From: an uncultured Gammaproteobacteria bacterium
Lineage (GTDB): Bacteria > Patescibacteriota > Microgenomatia > CAZETR01 > Amesbacteraceae
Assembly (NCBI GenBank): GCA_964518565.1
Contig: CAZFGX010000001.1
Coordinates: forward strand, 460,470 to 524,469
Length of the DNA stretch: 64,000 nucleotides
Reading direction: 5' to 3'
Position numbers and translations under genes: made by a program. Shown piece by piece: positions 36,887-47,467 of the stretch; positions within the stretch are counted from its first letter, which is position 1, and every line of letters begins with the position of its first letter. The notes under the pieces are model-generated. The model was not told the DNA's origin and searched no databases. It worked only from the letters and a program-made list of their open reading frames with translations.

Positions 36887-37031
36887 CTAGTTGCGAAAAG
36901 TTTTTCAAGGTCGTAAAATAACTTCAATCTATTCTAGTTTGGTCTACCAAACCAAATAAAAAAACTAGACGCCTCCGCGAAACCAGAGATTATATAAGCC
37001 ACCATAGTAATTACTTGGAACCCTGGGAGTA

Positions 37032-38294
37032 ATGAACGAGTGGCCTTTTATGTGTATGAACCAAAACGATCACAAAATACTTGGCAAAGAACTAGACCTT
37101 TTTACCTTTTCAGACGTAGTCGGCAAAGGTCTGCCTCTTTGGACACCCAAAGGCGCCACAATTAGACGAGAATTAGAACGTTGGGTAGTAGACGAAGAAC
37201 TCAAGGCTGGATACCAACATGTCTATACTCCAGATATTGCCAAATTAGAATTGTATGAAAAATCTGGACATTATCCTTACTACAAGGATTCAATGTATGC
37301 ACCAATTGAAATAGACGAAGATCGTTTTATGTTGCGTCCCATGACTTGTCCACATCATTTTGAATTATTTCTGTCTCGTCCTCACAGTTACAAAGAATTA
37401 CCTTTGCGATATGCTGAATTAGCAAAGCTCTACCGATACGAGCAATCTGGTGAATTAATGGGCTTACAACGTGTAAGATCATTCTGTTTAGCTGATGCTC
37501 ATATTATCGCCCGCAAAGACCAGGTCGAACAGGAAATCCACCAAGTTCTAGACCTAATCGAAAAACTGAGTCATACACTAGGATTAAAACAAGGCGAAAA
37601 TTATAGCTACCGTTTATCTCTAGGTGACCGAAAAGATACCAAAAAATATTTCAAAGACGATGCCGCCTGGGATCATGCCGAAAATGTCTTGCGCACCGCC
37701 CTAAAACAACGTCAAGCAATATTTGTGGAAGCAGAAGGCGAAGCTGCCTTCTATGGACCAAAAATCGATATCCAAATGAAAAATGTAAATGGCAAAGAAG
37801 ACACTGCTTTCACTGTTCAATACGACTTTGTTATGCCAGGACGTTTCAATTTGGTGTATATCAACGAATCAGGAGAGCAAGAACCCGCAGTAGTCATTCA
37901 CCGCTCGTCTATTGGCGCTATCGAACGAGTAATTGCCTTTTTGATCGAACATTTTGCAGGTGCATTTCCGTTATGGCTCGCTCCAGTCCAAGTCATCGTT
38001 TTGCCGATTTCTGACAAACACCTCGATTACGCCAAACAAATAGAATCTAGCCTCAAATCAGCCAACATTCGGGTAGAACTAGACGGCCGGAGTGAATCCC
38101 TTAGCGCCAGACTCCGAGATGCCCAACTTCAAAAAACGCCCTATGTGTTTGTAGTAGGGGATAAAGAAGTCTCTGCCCAACAAGTAGCAATCAGAAAATT
38201 TGGCAGCAACGAATTAAAAACTATAAGCCAAACTGATGCTCTAAATATGTTAGTAGACCAGATTCAGTCAAAACGGTTGTCTGATATCAAATAA
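37032..38294 (+). CDS. thrS: threonine--tRNA ligase, short form (catalytic plus anticodon-binding domains only)
   Basis: DHKILGKELDLF, RPMTCPHHFELF, class II motifs, C-terminal anticodon-binding domain; 420 aa with no TGS/editing N-terminus. Confidence 0.85.
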   Translation: MNEWPFMCMNQNDHKILGKELDLFTFSDVVGKGLPLWTPKGATIRRELERWVVDEELKAGYQHVYTPDIAKLELYEKSGHYPYYKDSMYAPIEIDEDRFMLRPMTCPHHFELFLSRPHSYKELPLRYAELAKLYRYEQSGELMGLQRVRSFCLADAHIIARKDQVEQEIHQVLDLIEKLSHTLGLKQGENYSYRLSLGDRKDTKKYFKDDAAWDHAENVLRTALKQRQAIFVEAEGEAAFYGPKIDIQMKNVNGKEDTAFTVQYDFVMPGRFNLVYINESGEQEPAVVIHRSSIGAIERVIAFLIEHFAGAFPLWLAPVQVIVLPISDKHLDYAKQIESSLKSANIRVELDGRSESLSARLRDAQLQKTPYVFVVGDKEVSAQQVAIRKFGSNELKTISQTDALNMLVDQIQSKRLSDIK

Positions 38295-38316
38295 ATTGCT
38301 ATAATACCCAAATCTA

Positions 38317-38847
38317 GTGAGTACACCCCAATATCGCATTAACCATCAAATTCACGCCGAACAAGTCCGACTGTTACGTGAAGATAATACCCAAATTGGC
38401 GTTGTAGCACTCACAGAAGCACTTTCACAGGCAAAATCCCTTGGAGTAGACGCAGTCGAGATTGCCCCTATGGCAAATCCACCTGTAGTCAAACTTGTCG
38501 ATTTCAAAAAATTTGTCTACCAGTTAGCCAAAAAAGAACGAGCCTCAAAAGCTCAAACCAAAAAAGTCGACATCAAAGAAATTCGCTTGACACCATTTAT
38601 GGCTGACAACGACTTTCAAACTCGCATGAATCGAGGACAGGAATTTCTAGATGAAGGCCACAAGTTGCGCATCACAGTAAAATTTTCTGGCCGCCAACTC
38701 AGTCACAAAGAATTTGGCGACCAAGTCTTCCAAAAAGCCGTCGAATTTTTGAAAGATTCGGCTGCTATCGATCAAACTCCAAAGTGGATAGGTCGCCAAT
38801 TTATTGGCACACTTACACCTGTTAAAAAAACCAAACCAGCATCATGA
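38317..38847 (+). CDS. infC: translation initiation factor IF-3
   Basis: EIRLTPFMADNDFQTRMNRGQEFLDEGHKLRITVKFSGRQ; the true start is likely a non-ATG codon. Confidence 0.85.
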   Translation: MSTPQYRINHQIHAEQVRLLREDNTQIGVVALTEALSQAKSLGVDAVEIAPMANPPVVKLVDFKKFVYQLAKKERASKAQTKKVDIKEIRLTPFMADNDFQTRMNRGQEFLDEGHKLRITVKFSGRQLSHKEFGDQVFQKAVEFLKDSAAIDQTPKWIGRQFIGTLTPVKKTKPAS

Positions 38848-39041
38848 AACAAAAAACACGTAAATCAGTCGCCAAACGAATTAAAATTAGTGGCAGCGGA
38901 AAAGTTCTCCGCCGTCTAGCTTTTGGTCGACATTTGCGTGGAAGCAAATCTGAACGTCAAAAACGTCGATACAAACACCAACAACAGATAACCAATGCTC
39001 GAGTAGCTCGAAGAATTAAAAGATTATTAGCTATTGCCTAA
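38844..39041 (+). CDS. rpmI: 50S ribosomal protein L35
   Basis: MKQKTRKSVAKRIKISGSGKVLRR. Confidence 0.85.
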   Translation: MKQKTRKSVAKRIKISGSGKVLRRLAFGRHLRGSKSERQKRRYKHQQQITNARVARRIKRLLAIA

Positions 39042-39044
39042 CTT

Positions 39045-39389
39045 ATGCGCGTCAAATCAAATACTAGATATCGCCACAAAAAACTTCTAAGCCAAACTAA
39101 AGGCTTCAGAATGACCAAAAACCGTTTAGTCACTGTCGCCAGTGATGCCTTATTACATGCTGGTCAATACGCCTTCGCAGGTCGCCGCCTTCGCCGTCGC
39201 GATCTTCGTAGTCTATGGACTGTTCGTATCAACGCAGCACTCCGCGCTCTTGATAATAAATACTCAACATTTATTAGCGATCTAAAAAAATCCAACATTA
39301 CTCTCGACCGAAAAGTACTTTCAGAACTAGCTACAAACCATCCCAAAGTCTTCCAGGCAGTAGTCAAAGCCACAAAATCCAAGGCTTAA
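39045..39389 (+). CDS. rplT: 50S ribosomal protein L20
   Basis: MRVKSNTRYRHKKLLSQTKGFR... Confidence 0.9.
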   Translation: MRVKSNTRYRHKKLLSQTKGFRMTKNRLVTVASDALLHAGQYAFAGRRLRRRDLRSLWTVRINAALRALDNKYSTFISDLKKSNITLDRKVLSELATNHPKVFQAVVKATKSKA

Positions 39390-39462
39390 AATAAATTCTT
39401 AAAAGAAAATAGCCTCCATATAGGAGGTTTTTTTATGGGACTTAGTATAAAATAAATATGTT

Positions 39463-40488
39463 ATGTACGATAAACTAATAAATATTAAAACAGAAGCAGT
39501 GGCTAGAATTCTAAGTAGTCAAACAGCTAAAGAATTAGAAGAAATACGAATATATTACCTTGGCAAAAAAGGACAAATTGCCAAACTCGCAAAACAATTA
39601 CCAAATCTTGATACGGAAGAAAAGGCCAGATTTGGTCAATTATTCAATGATACCAAAACCGCCATTGAAACAGCATTATCCACCAAAACAATTACCAAAC
39701 CAAAAATAAAACATAACGACTATTCCGATACGCTTCCTGGTATATTGCCCCACATAGGCCATCTTCATCCAGTGACCCAAGCAATTGATGAGATATCCTC
39801 AATATTTGAAAAATTAGGCTTTACACGTGTTCAATATCCTGAAGTAGATTGGGATTGGTATGCGTTTGAAGCTCTAAATATGTCCAAGGGTCACCCCGCA
39901 CGTGACGAATGGGAAACATTTTTTATAGATCAGGAAGAAAATTCTCGTTTTGGCAAAATGGTTCTAACTCCTCACACCTCAAATGGCCAGGTTCACGAAA
40001 TGCAAAGAGTTGGTGAACCTCCGATTCGCATGATCAATATTGCTAAATGTTATCGTCGCCAATCCGATGTTTCACACACACCAATGTTTCATCAGTTTGA
40101 AGGATTGGTAATAGACGAAAATATCGCAATAACTCACCTAAAAGGCACCATAGACTATTTTGTAAAACATTTTTTCGGCTCAGATCGTCAGAGCCGCCTA
40201 CGCCCATATCATTTCCAATTTACTGAACCGTCATTTGAAGTAGATATATCCTGTGATATTTGTGGTGGCACAGGTTGCCGACTTTGCAAAGAAGGTTGGC
40301 TAGAATTAGGTGGTGCCGGCATGGTTCATCCAAATGTTCTCACTTCAGGAAACATCGATCCTAAAAAATATTCTGGCTTTGCTTTTGGTTGGGGTGTAGA
40401 ACGAACATATATGATGAAATCAGGTATAAAAATAGACGATTTACGTTTACTCTACGGCAACGATATCCGTTTCTTAAACCAATTCTAA
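39463..40488 (+). CDS. pheS: phenylalanine--tRNA ligase alpha subunit
   Basis: Class II core FQFTEPSFEVD..., GWAFGWGVER. Confidence 0.9.
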   Translation: MYDKLINIKTEAVARILSSQTAKELEEIRIYYLGKKGQIAKLAKQLPNLDTEEKARFGQLFNDTKTAIETALSTKTITKPKIKHNDYSDTLPGILPHIGHLHPVTQAIDEISSIFEKLGFTRVQYPEVDWDWYAFEALNMSKGHPARDEWETFFIDQEENSRFGKMVLTPHTSNGQVHEMQRVGEPPIRMINIAKCYRRQSDVSHTPMFHQFEGLVIDENIAITHLKGTIDYFVKHFFGSDRQSRLRPYHFQFTEPSFEVDISCDICGGTGCRLCKEGWLELGGAGMVHPNVLTSGNIDPKKYSGFAFGWGVERTYMMKSGIKIDDLRLLYGNDIRFLNQF

Positions 40489-40490
40489 TT

Positions 40491-42329
40491 ATGAATATTC
40501 TTATTCCAGATTCCTGGTTGCGTGAATACTTACACACGAATGCAACACCCAAAGATATTCAACACTGTCTATCTTTATGTGGACCTTCTATCGAACGAAT
40601 GCACGAAAAAGATGGGGAAATAATTTACGATATCGAAGTCACTACAAACCGAGTCGACTGCATGTCAGTTATTGGTATAGCCCGCGAAGCCGTAGCTATT
40701 TTGCCCCAATTCGGTTTTGAAGCCAAGTTGACCAACAACCCTTACTCCCAAACAAAAAAAATCCAAACTGCTGAAAAAGTCGAATATCTTCATACATCCA
40801 TAGATCAACAACTATGTTCCAACTTTACAACAGTCCTCATCAAAAATATCTCAAATGCTACCTCTCCAGAATGGTTGGCCAAAAAACTTAATCAAGTAGA
40901 TATGCGACCAATCAATGTTGCAGTTGATATCACAAATTATTTAATGCACACTTTGGGCCAACCCGTTCATGTTTTCGATTACGATAAAATAGCCAACCAC
41001 ACCATCAAGCTCCGAGAAAGTAAAACAGGGGAATCAGTCATTACCCTAGACCAAAAATCCTATACGCTTTCAAATCACGACATTATTATCGAGGATGGAG
41101 ATAAAAATATTATAGATTTATCCGGTATTATGGGCGGATTAAATTCCAGTGTGGACAACGCTACAAAAAACATTCTCTTATATGTTCAAATTTACGAACC
41201 TACCCATATTCGTAAAACATCTATGAATTTAGCTATTCGCACCACGGCTGCATCGTTGTTCGAAAAATCTTTACCTACAGAAAATGTTCTACCTACATTG
41301 CAAATGGGAATTCAATTATTTAAACAGCTAGCTAATGGCACAGTTGAAAAAAACATTTTATCTATTAGCACACCATCGCCAGATAAATATGTTGTTCAAT
41401 TCACCGAATCAATCACTGAATTCACCAACAAACTTTTAGGCATAGAACTGAGCAAAAAGGAAATTAAATCTATTTTGACCAATCTGGAATTTATCATGCT
41501 CTCAGACACGCAAATTCAAGTACCCTGGTATAGATATCATGATATCCAAATTCCCCAAGACGTTGTAGAAGAAATTGCTCGAATATATGGGTATCACAAC
41601 TTGCCTTCTACAATTATGATCGGGTCAATTCCTAAATCGATATACTCGCATCGCTTTAGTCAGATTTCAAAAATGAAATCAATGTTGAAATATTCAGGAT
41701 TAACCGAAGTATATTCATACTCCCTAGTCTCTCAAGCTGCTGGTCTAAAAATCAAAAATCCACTTTCTAGTGAATGGGCATATTTACGCACTTCAATTCT
41801 CCCATCTCATCAAACAATAATAAAAGAAAATCTTGGACGAGTAGAGGAGATTAAAATATTTGAAATCGCCAATGTGTATTTGCCTGAAAAAAACACACTA
41901 CCTAAAGAACAGCCACATTTAGCAATTTCATCTACAAACAAAGACAAGCGCCACCTGAAAGGCCTTATCGAAGCTCTAATGCTAGACAGTGGTTTACCAA
42001 TGCAATCCATAACAATTGAAGAATTCACAGATAGTATCGGCTGTGAAATCGATCTTTTACCCTTACTTGAAAACGCAAATCTAAACAAAACATTTACTCC
42101 GATATCTAAATTTTCTCCAATAATTGAAGATATAAATCTACAACTTAGTCAGCCATATCCTAGTCTCGTTCACAAAATAAAAGCCGTCAGCCCCCTGATC
42201 GATAAAGTGGAATTTAAAGATTTCTATGAAGGTAAACTTACTCTTCGCATTTATTTTCACTCAAACGACAAACAGCTCTCTGTCGAGGATATTGCTTCAA
42301 TTCGAACTATTCTTTCCAATCTTGATTGA
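40491..42329 (+). CDS. pheT: phenylalanine--tRNA ligase beta subunit (short form)
   Basis: MNILIPDSWLREYL..., B3/B4 and B5 regions; ATG 3 nt after the pheS stop. Confidence 0.8.
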   Translation: MNILIPDSWLREYLHTNATPKDIQHCLSLCGPSIERMHEKDGEIIYDIEVTTNRVDCMSVIGIAREAVAILPQFGFEAKLTNNPYSQTKKIQTAEKVEYLHTSIDQQLCSNFTTVLIKNISNATSPEWLAKKLNQVDMRPINVAVDITNYLMHTLGQPVHVFDYDKIANHTIKLRESKTGESVITLDQKSYTLSNHDIIIEDGDKNIIDLSGIMGGLNSSVDNATKNILLYVQIYEPTHIRKTSMNLAIRTTAASLFEKSLPTENVLPTLQMGIQLFKQLANGTVEKNILSISTPSPDKYVVQFTESITEFTNKLLGIELSKKEIKSILTNLEFIMLSDTQIQVPWYRYHDIQIPQDVVEEIARIYGYHNLPSTIMIGSIPKSIYSHRFSQISKMKSMLKYSGLTEVYSYSLVSQAAGLKIKNPLSSEWAYLRTSILPSHQTIIKENLGRVEEIKIFEIANVYLPEKNTLPKEQPHLAISSTNKDKRHLKGLIEALMLDSGLPMQSITIEEFTDSIGCEIDLLPLLENANLNKTFTPISKFSPIIEDINLQLSQPYPSLVHKIKAVSPLIDKVEFKDFYEGKLTLRIYFHSNDKQLSVEDIASIRTILSNLD

Positions 42330-44904
42330 TTGAAAACTTCAACAAACGTGTTCCCTCAAAGCCTTTATCATCATGGGCTTTAATATCTAATTGATGTACG
42401 CCATCAGTCAAATTTGTCAGAGTGTATTCCCATGGCGCAGCAGTCAACCGTTGAATAAGTGTGCCGTCCAAACTGATTTCTGTCCAAGAAATTGTGTTTG
42501 GAGTAGCAATATCCAAACGGATTTTAACACTCGATTCATTTATTCGAACTTTATCTTTTGGCTCCAAAACAGTAATCCATACAGGGTTACTCGAACCACA
42601 TAGTTCAGTTGGTGGATGGTATTTCGGATCTTGCTGATCCTTCAACCAATTTAATATTCCCTCCTGCCACTTATTTGTCCAATTGCCCGCCTCAAATGGA
42701 TCTTGCTCAGAAAAATAAAACCCTTCTCGTTGATCATAATTTCCAGATTGAATATCAGGAACCGTAGCCAATTTCCCTTCACCTTTACACACTTTTACCA
42801 TTTTATGAATTGGGTCTTGACCAGTTGGCTCAGTACCTTTAATAAAAAATTCTTTACGCGAAACAAATCCATCATGAGCTGGATAACCTGAAAGTTTATC
42901 TACATCTAAAGAAATAATTCCAGATGGAGTCGCAAACTGATTTGCGGATCTGCCATTTTCAGCAGTTTGCATAATTCGTTTCCAAATAGGGGACGCTCCT
43001 GTAATACCAGAGGCCACTTGTGTCATAGGTGAATTATCGTTATTGCCGACCCATACACCTGTAATAGGTCCATTTGCTTCCCAGCCGACGGTCCAGTTAT
43101 CTCGCTTGTCATTCGTCGTTCCAGTTTTTACTGCAATAGTACGGCCAGGTAAAGTGAGTGATGTTGCAGCACCAAAAGTAATCGTTCTAGCTGAAGGATC
43201 TGACAAAATAGAAGACATGATAAATGCCGCTTCAGGCGAAATAACTTGGATATGTGTTTCATCACGCCACTGTTCAAGCACATTTCCATCTTTGTCCTGT
43301 ACCGTTAAAATTGCGGTAGGTTCAACCTTTTTTCCTCCATTAGCAAATGAGCTATATGCCCCTACCATATCAATTAAACGCACTTCACCGCCACCTAATG
43401 CTACCGACAAACCAAGTCGCTTTAATAGCTCTGGAGTGGGCTTCAAGGTTGTAAACCCTAAATCATATGCCTGTTGCAACATGTTTGGTATTCCGACCAA
43501 TGCCACCATTTTTACTGCAGGAATATTAATAGAATTCCCCAAAGAGTCACGAACGGAAATCGGCCCACGAAACTTACCGTCATAATTTTCTGGCACATAT
43601 TCGGGTTTGTCACCGCCTGGAAAAGCGGTTTTTACATCCATCAACATAGAAGCTGCTGTGTATCCTTTTTGTAAACCGGTTAAATATACGACTGGTTTTA
43701 TTGTAGAACCTGGCTGCCGATTAGCCGTAACGACATTGAACTTACCATCATAGTTTGGATCTGACCAACCCCTACTACCTACCATAGATAAAATTTGGCC
43801 ATTGGTGGTATCCAGGACTGCTGCTGCCCCATTGGTAATCTTTAAATGTTTTACCTTTTCTATCTCTTCAGCCACTATTTTTTCAGCCGCTTCTTGCAAA
43901 TCCAAATCTAAAGTCGTCGTAACACGCAGTCCGCCTTGCTCTACAACTTGTTCACCATACCGATCGATAAGTTGTTGTTTCACATAAAATACAAAATGTG
44001 GCGCCTTTAGTAAACCCGTCGTTTCCTGAATGGGCCAAGTTTCCAACTGTTCGTCGGCCTCTTTCTCTTGATCAGCAGTAATATAGCCATCTTCCCTCAT
44101 ACGACGCAAAACATCTTTTGTTCGTGGAATATAATTTTTTCCTGCATGGGGCGAATAATAGGGCGGCCACTGAGGTAAACCTGCCAAAATTGCTGATTCC
44201 ACTAGAGTAAGCTGTGATACTGGTTTACCAAAATAGATTTCAGCAGCCGAACCCACACCATATGCCGAGCCACCATAAGGCGCCTCATTCAAATACATTT
44301 GCAAAATTTCATCTTTACTATACTTTCCTTCGACTTGAAGTGCCAAAATAAATTCTTTCAATTTACGTACAACGGTACGCTCGGAGGTAAGCAGAGTATT
44401 TTTGACCAGTTGTTGTGTCAAACCAGATCCACCGATTACTCGATGTTTCGTAATTACATTCCAACCAATTCGTAAGGGAGTCAAAGGATCTATACCGGGA
44501 TTTTTATAAAAATTTTTATCTTCAATTGCTACAGTTGCTTGGCGAAGAGTCAAGGGAATTTGTTCAAAAGTAACAGGTGTACGTCGCTGATCGGCAAACA
44601 CATCGTAGAGCAATTTGCCATTTCGATCAAAAATCTTGGTCGAAAAACCCTCTCGTCGAACAACTTTATTAGGGTTCGGCAGATCACGTGATACGTAAAT
44701 AGCCAAACCAAAAAACCCAATGATTCCAACCACAAGACAGACAAACAAACCAGTAGATGCCCAAATAAAAATTTTTTTCCAAGCAATAGTTCGTTTCTGT
44801 ATAGGATACACGCTATAATCATACCAAATGCTAGATCGCAACAAACACAAACCATTCGTCAGGGTTTTGATCATTATTAGTAGCCTGGTACTTATTGCAG
44901 CCAC
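42307..44904 (-). CDS. bifunctional class A penicillin-binding protein (PBP1A: glycosyltransferase plus transpeptidase) with C-terminal extension
   Basis: GT51 motif RQATVAIEDKNFYKNPGID, STIKP (SxxK), KTGT; N-terminal TM. Confidence 0.85.
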   Translation of the reverse strand: MAAISTRLLIMIKTLTNGLCLLRSSIWYDYSVYPIQKRTIAWKKIFIWASTGLFVCLVVGIIGFFGLAIYVSRDLPNPNKVVRREGFSTKIFDRNGKLLYDVFADQRRTPVTFEQIPLTLRQATVAIEDKNFYKNPGIDPLTPLRIGWNVITKHRVIGGSGLTQQLVKNTLLTSERTVVRKLKEFILALQVEGKYSKDEILQMYLNEAPYGGSAYGVGSAAEIYFGKPVSQLTLVESAILAGLPQWPPYYSPHAGKNYIPRTKDVLRRMREDGYITADQEKEADEQLETWPIQETTGLLKAPHFVFYVKQQLIDRYGEQVVEQGGLRVTTTLDLDLQEAAEKIVAEEIEKVKHLKITNGAAAVLDTTNGQILSMVGSRGWSDPNYDGKFNVVTANRQPGSTIKPVVYLTGLQKGYTAASMLMDVKTAFPGGDKPEYVPENYDGKFRGPISVRDSLGNSINIPAVKMVALVGIPNMLQQAYDLGFTTLKPTPELLKRLGLSVALGGGEVRLIDMVGAYSSFANGGKKVEPTAILTVQDKDGNVLEQWRDETHIQVISPEAAFIMSSILSDPSARTITFGAATSLTLPGRTIAVKTGTTNDKRDNWTVGWEANGPITGVWVGNNDNSPMTQVASGITGASPIWKRIMQTAENGRSANQFATPSGIISLDVDKLSGYPAHDGFVSRKEFFIKGTEPTGQDPIHKMVKVCKGEGKLATVPDIQSGNYDQREGFYFSEQDPFEAGNWTNKWQEGILNWLKDQQDPKYHPPTELCGSSNPVWITVLEPKDKVRINESSVKIRLDIATPNTISWTEISLDGTLIQRLTAAPWEYTLTNLTDGVHQLDIKAHDDKGFEGTRLLKFSINQDWKE

Positions 44905-44940
44905 AGTCTTGCCGTATCTAATCGCTCTGAGTTAATACCA

Positions 44941-46920
44941 ATGGACTACAGTGCTCCGATTCAACACATAAATGGCGTAGGAGAGATATATGCAAAAAAA
45001 CTAGCAAAGCTCGGGGTAATAACAGTTTTCGACCTACTCTATCACATTCCTTTTCGCTACGAGGATCGTAGCCAAATATCCCAAATTGGTCAAGTTCAAG
45101 CTGGTGAAACAGTCAGCATAATCGGTCGAGTAGAAAAAACAAAAAGTGATTACACTAAAAAAGGCAAAGCGATTCAGACAATTAATATTTCAGATGCAAC
45201 TGGCTCGATAATAATTACTTGGTTCAACCAACCATATATCACCAAAACCTTATCGGTCGGCAAGCAAGTAGCAATATACGGCAAGATAGAACTATTTGCC
45301 GGAAAAAAAACACTTATTTCCCCAGAATACGAAATAGTTAACCCCGCTAAACAGTTAATTCATATCGGCAGAGTTACCCCAATTTATCCTGAAACTGCTG
45401 GAGTTTCTTCAAAATGGCTTCGAACAAAAATATCTCAACTACTCGAGCTATTACCAGCCTCAGATCTCTTACCATTCTACAAAGTTTCCTGGCGACATGC
45501 ATTAAAAACAGTTCACTTTCCAGAAACAATTGGAGAGATAGGAGAAGTCAAACATCGTCTAGCCTTTGACGAGCTACTCATCTATCAACTTAAAGGTCTA
45601 CATCGCAAAAAAAGCTGGGACCGAAAAATTCACGGTGAAGCATTAAACATCTCCGACAAAGATTTTGATCAATTTACCAACTCACTACCATTTCAACTCA
45701 CTACCAGTCAAATCCAGGCCATCAGTCAAATCCGCCAAAATCTAAACATGACTATCCCCATGAATCGATTATTAGAAGGTGATGTAGGCAGTGGAAAAAC
45801 CATTGTAGCCGCAGCTGCTGCCTACATTTCCGCCAAAAACCACAAACAAACCCTAATTCTTGCACCAACGCAAATACTTGCTCAGCAACACGCCCAGACA
45901 CTTTCCAGTGTCTTTTCACATCACAATATGACTGTGGGACTCATCACTGGGAGTACGAAAACCGCCAAAGTTTTCGAACAAGACATAATCGTTGGCACCC
46001 ACGCACTGCTTCACACTCAACTAATCACCAAAAACATTGGTCTCGTAGTGATCGATGAACAACATCGCTTTGGTGTTTTACAACGAACACTTGCTACCAA
46101 TCTTGGTCAATCTCCCCACATTCTTACAATGACTGCAACCCCCATCCCTAGAAGCATTGCCCTAACTATCCATGGTGATTTAGATGTTTCAGTATTAAAC
46201 AGTCCACCGTCTGGCCGCCAAATAGTAAAAACCTGGGTTATACCCCAAACAAAACGAGATCATGCATACCAATGGATCAGTGAGCAAATCGATAGTACTT
46301 CTTCTCAAGTCTTTATCGTCTGCCCGTTTGTTCAACCCAGCGAATCAGCAGAAACAATCAAATCTGCAACTCAAGAAGTAGAAAAAATCAAACAACTTTT
46401 CCCAAACCACTCTGTTGGCCTACTCCACGGCAAACTTTCAGCCAAACAAAAGAATGAACAAATCGACAAATTTAAATCAGGCCAATTCCATATTCTAGTC
46501 ACTACGCCAGTAGTTGAAGTCGGCATCGATATTCCCAATGCAACAATTATGCTAATCGAAGATGCTGACCGTTTCGGTCTGGCACAACTCCATCAACTTC
46601 GAGGTCGTGTCGGTAGGGGATCCAAACAATCCTACTGCCTGCTGTTTACCAACAAACCCTCTCCACGTCTCCAAGCCTTGGAGCAGTATCATTCTGGACT
46701 AGAACTGGCAGAAATAGACCTAAAATTACGTGGACCAGGTGATATATACGGTATATCTCAACATGGAATACCTTTATTCAAAGTGGCAGATTATTCAGAT
46801 TTTAGCCTCATTTCTACAGCCAAAGACATGGCAATTAGCCTCCAAAACCAACTCGAAAATTACCCCATATTGAGAAAACTGCTTGAAAACGATAAAATAG
46901 CGTCTGTTCAACCAAATTAA
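44941..46920 (+). CDS. recG: ATP-dependent DNA helicase RecG
   Basis: Wedge domain, Walker A DVGSGKT, DEQHRFG, QLRGRVGRG. Confidence 0.85.
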   Translation: MDYSAPIQHINGVGEIYAKKLAKLGVITVFDLLYHIPFRYEDRSQISQIGQVQAGETVSIIGRVEKTKSDYTKKGKAIQTINISDATGSIIITWFNQPYITKTLSVGKQVAIYGKIELFAGKKTLISPEYEIVNPAKQLIHIGRVTPIYPETAGVSSKWLRTKISQLLELLPASDLLPFYKVSWRHALKTVHFPETIGEIGEVKHRLAFDELLIYQLKGLHRKKSWDRKIHGEALNISDKDFDQFTNSLPFQLTTSQIQAISQIRQNLNMTIPMNRLLEGDVGSGKTIVAAAAAYISAKNHKQTLILAPTQILAQQHAQTLSSVFSHHNMTVGLITGSTKTAKVFEQDIIVGTHALLHTQLITKNIGLVVIDEQHRFGVLQRTLATNLGQSPHILTMTATPIPRSIALTIHGDLDVSVLNSPPSGRQIVKTWVIPQTKRDHAYQWISEQIDSTSSQVFIVCPFVQPSESAETIKSATQEVEKIKQLFPNHSVGLLHGKLSAKQKNEQIDKFKSGQFHILVTTPVVEVGIDIPNATIMLIEDADRFGLAQLHQLRGRVGRGSKQSYCLLFTNKPSPRLQALEQYHSGLELAEIDLKLRGPGDIYGISQHGIPLFKVADYSDFSLISTAKDMAISLQNQLENYPILRKLLENDKIASVQPN

Positions 46921-46929
46921 TTTAAAAAT

Positions 46930-47100
46930 ATGACACCACATCCAAAACGTCGCCGATCCACAATGCGTCAAGGTCGTCGCCGATCCACTCAATCAGTGAC
47001 GCTTCCAAAACTTGTGGAATGTACAAATTGTCACAAGCCAACAGTGGCTCATAAAGCCTGTAAATATTGTCATTTCTACAAAGGCAAAAAAGTAAAATAG
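46930..47100 (+). CDS. rpmF: 50S ribosomal protein L32
   Basis: MTPHPKRRRSTMRQGRRRS...CTNCHKPTVAHKACKYCHFYKGKKV (Zn-ribbon CxxC...CxxC); absent from the supplied ORF track (56 aa). Confidence 0.8.
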   Translation: MTPHPKRRRSTMRQGRRRSTQSVTLPKLVECTNCHKPTVAHKACKYCHFYKGKKVK

Positions 47101-47104
47101 GGGT

Positions 47105-47464
47105 ATGAAAACCGCCACAGATCCTCGTCACCGGCATCGCATCGAGCTTGTACAAAAGCTGTTTTCGTCTCAATTCCAAAACCAAGCCGATTCAAGCGTT
47201 AAAGATATCTGGTCAAATTTAGATAAAATTGATCCATTAATTAGCAAAATTGCCCCAGAATGGCCGATAGACAAGCTAAATCCAATAGATTTAGCCATCT
47301 TGCGTTTATCTATCTATGAATTAATCATTGACAAAAACGCCCCCTATAAAGTTATTATTGACGAAGCAGTCGAAATCGCCAAAGAATATGGCGGAGAAGG
47401 CAGTCCAGCCTTCGTCAATGGCGCTTTAGGCCACTTGGTTCAACTGGAAAATATTACGGAGTAA
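47105..47464 (+). CDS. nusB: transcription antitermination factor NusB
   Basis: RHRHRIELVQKLF N-terminus; ...AILRLSIYELI...KVIIDEAVEIAKEYGGEGSPAFVNGALGHL. Confidence 0.7.
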   Translation: MKTATDPRHRHRIELVQKLFSSQFQNQADSSVKDIWSNLDKIDPLISKIAPEWPIDKLNPIDLAILRLSIYELIIDKNAPYKVIIDEAVEIAKEYGGEGSPAFVNGALGHLVQLENITE

Positions 47465-47467
47465 TAT

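Noticed and set aside
36690-36908. 72-aa minus-strand ORF
   Set aside because: It covers tRNA-Val(GAC) on the opposite strand. It is spurious.
36890-37031. T-box riboswitch leader upstream of thrS
   Set aside because: I looked for the conserved T-box sequence (AGGGUGGNACCGCG) and a specifier/antiterminator arrangement. Only vague similarity (ggaaccctgggag) is present and there is no convincing T-box.
42391-44855. Multiple plus-strand and antisense ORFs (60-180 aa) inside the PBP1A gene; similar ones inside pilB, pilC, recG and gyrB
   Set aside because: They are antisense or out-of-frame to long, well-supported conserved genes. They are typical spurious ORFs.
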